DNA from: Selaginella moellendorffii
Taxonomy: Eukaryota; Plantae; Lycopodiophyta
Assembly: GCF_000143415.4 (NCBI RefSeq)
Contig: NW_003314282.1
Coordinates: 1,073,374 to 1,137,373, forward strand
Length of the DNA: 64,000 bases
Direction: 5' to 3'
Part shown: positions 62,150 through 64,000 of the stretch, one piece after another
How the letters are laid out: every line of letters starts with the position of its first letter
How positions within the stretch are numbered: the stretch's first letter is position 1
Program-made: the position numbers and the translations under genes
Notes under the pieces: model-generated
What the model saw: the letters and a program-made list of their open reading frames with translations, nothing else
Database searches by the model: none
Told to the model about the DNA's origin: nothing

Positions 62150-63219
62150 TTAAGAAACATATAGTGTTCGTCTCAAACAAACGATCATGCACACGTAATC
62201 CAAGGATCCAAGGCATTTGCGAACAGAGCATAGCTCTGTTTTTAGGGTTCTTGGCAATGTATAGACGTAAAGAGAAGATATTTTGCTCCAGGGCTTTAGG
62301 GTTTAAGCGGCAATGGCTGCGACGGGCGCGCGTCTCCTCGGCGGAAGGATGCTGTGCTCCATTCTCGCCGAGCCTCGAGGCGCTTCCACTCGATGCCTGC
62401 GCTTCCCGCTACCCAGGAATCCTAGCAGCTGCTCTCAGGTGGGTTGTCGATCAGCAATAGACTGAGCGAGGCCTTTTTCTTCTTATTCTTCGCAGGGAAT
62501 GCCGCCATTGCTCGTGAGCCGGAGGTTTGCTTCCATGTGTATGGCGACCGATCGAGTAAGTGCGCAAAATACAATGCAATGCTGGTGGAGTTGAATCGCA
62601 TTCTTGTAGAGTGATACATTCTTGGATTGTCTTGCGCAGTCTACTTGAAGGTCTGAGCAACTAGCTACTCCAGGTTTTGTTGTGTTTCTCCTTCACTTCC
62701 ATTGCTTTCTCCCGTCTCCTTCTCCATTGCTTTCAGAGTATGTTTGTGTGTGTGTTTGTTTCTTCTTTACTTCCATTGTTTCTCCCTTCCTCTCTTTCTC
62801 CACTTCTTTCAGAGTCCTTTGTGTGTGTTTGTGTGTGTGTGTGTTTCTGTTGTTTTCCACTGTCTTCTCACTCGAATTTTTTTTTTCTTTCTAGAACGCT
62901 TGGGAGGAGAGAAACCTCAACGACTGGGCTATCTCGAAGCTAAGGGTATGGTTCTTACGAAACCCACGACAAACGTCTGAGCTTTTTCTTTTGATCAGGA
63001 GCTTTTACTTGCTGCGGAGCCCATCACTTTTGGAGAGGGTTCAGCCTACGTGACTGATGTTTCTCGCTGCACTGGTGATGTAAGCACGAAGATTGGGAAT
63101 CTTACTGTTTCTTCCAACGCTCACTCTCTGTGTCAGGCGGCGATACTCACAGTACGTGGGAAAAGACGAGTGGATTACAGCTTCGACATTCTGCTGGACT
63201 TTCTCGGTATCCTAATCTT

Positions 63220-63875
63220 TTAAGATGAATGCTGCAGAGACCAACGTAAAACGTTGCGCAGGCAAGATCGAGGTCGGTGAGCCGTTTCAAGTGGAAGGGA
63301 CACTCTCGGTCGATACTTGCTTGGGTGATCTTGACGATCTTCGGGTATGTCTTGTTTCCTCTCAGCACAAAGCTTTGAGCCGAGCGGATGATGCAGATAG
63401 ACGTAGCCTTCACCGAAGTTCCAGAGACGCTGCCCGAGCCAGAACGCGAGCACCTCCGATCCCAGATGAGCCAGTTCCTCCCAAAGATCAGGACGCAGCT
63501 CGAGTGCTTCGAGAAGGAGATCAAAGAGCTCGTCTGCGATTGAAAAGGAGGAAAGCAAACGAAGAATCCTACCAAGTTTTCTCATGTCTTTCACACGTTT
63601 TCTTTCGATCAATTAACATCTTGATGATCTTCTTTCCAGATCATCTGCTGGACTTGCTCCAGTGCCTGTGTGATTTTCTCCTCGAGTTGCTGCATCGTCT
63701 CTCCAATCTCTTGCTCATGCCTCGTCATTTCACGCATTGTCCGTAGAATTTCCCTCTCGGCCTCTAGCATCTCCTCACCATTTTGCTGAAAGAAAAGAAC
63801 GCAGTAAAAACCACCCGCTTCATCAAAACTTACCGCCAACTCCTGTAATATTCTCTTCCAACTGCTATTGTCCAT
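63220..63875 (-). CDS. Unknown protein with an N-terminal coiled coil; 3' end uncertain
   Basis: MDNSSWKRILQELA and Glu/Gln-rich heptads with short introns; telo-box (63884) and TGGGCC site II (63921) lie upstream. Confidence 0.45.
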
Positions 63876-64000
63876 ATCACCACAAACCCTAAAATACTAG
63901 AACCCAAAATACTTCCAATTTGGGCCCTAAATTTTACTCTCTTGCCACCCTTTTTGTACAAATGGCCAAGTTGATCAAGCTCAGCTCCTACCTTTGCGTG

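Overview
Plant nuclear DNA, most likely the lycophyte Selaginella (inferred from very short introns, compact gene spacing and PLS-type PPR sequence). Bases 1-21 kb are a transposon block: a decayed Athila-like Ty3/gypsy element with an extra 3' ORF, a compact 5.0-kb Ty3/gypsy element (175-bp LTRs, tRNA-Ala primer site, 4-bp TSD) facing an older inverted copy of itself, an assembly gap and LINE-like debris. Bases 21-27 kb hold pseudogenes (aspartic protease fragment, CTD-phosphatase fragment, PPR gene with an internal inversion) and an A1 aspartic-protease-fold gene lacking the first catalytic Asp and carrying one premature stop. A LAX2-like RAWUL gene follows (31.3-34.6 kb). From 34.6 to 56.7 kb a cassette [unknown gene X - RAR1 - tRNA-Leu - ferredoxin-like gene] occurs four times with reciprocal gene loss: RAR1 is intact only in copy 1, while tRNA-Leu(AAG) and the ferredoxin-like gene are intact only in copy 4. 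Copy 1 is followed by a PIF/Harbinger transposon whose transposase carries a nested Cassandra-type TRIM with a 5S-rRNA-derived segment in its LTR. The window ends with a head-to-head gene pair whose ATGs are 28 nt apart, a malectin-like LRR receptor kinase and an unknown ORF. All alignments and exon calls were made by eye.
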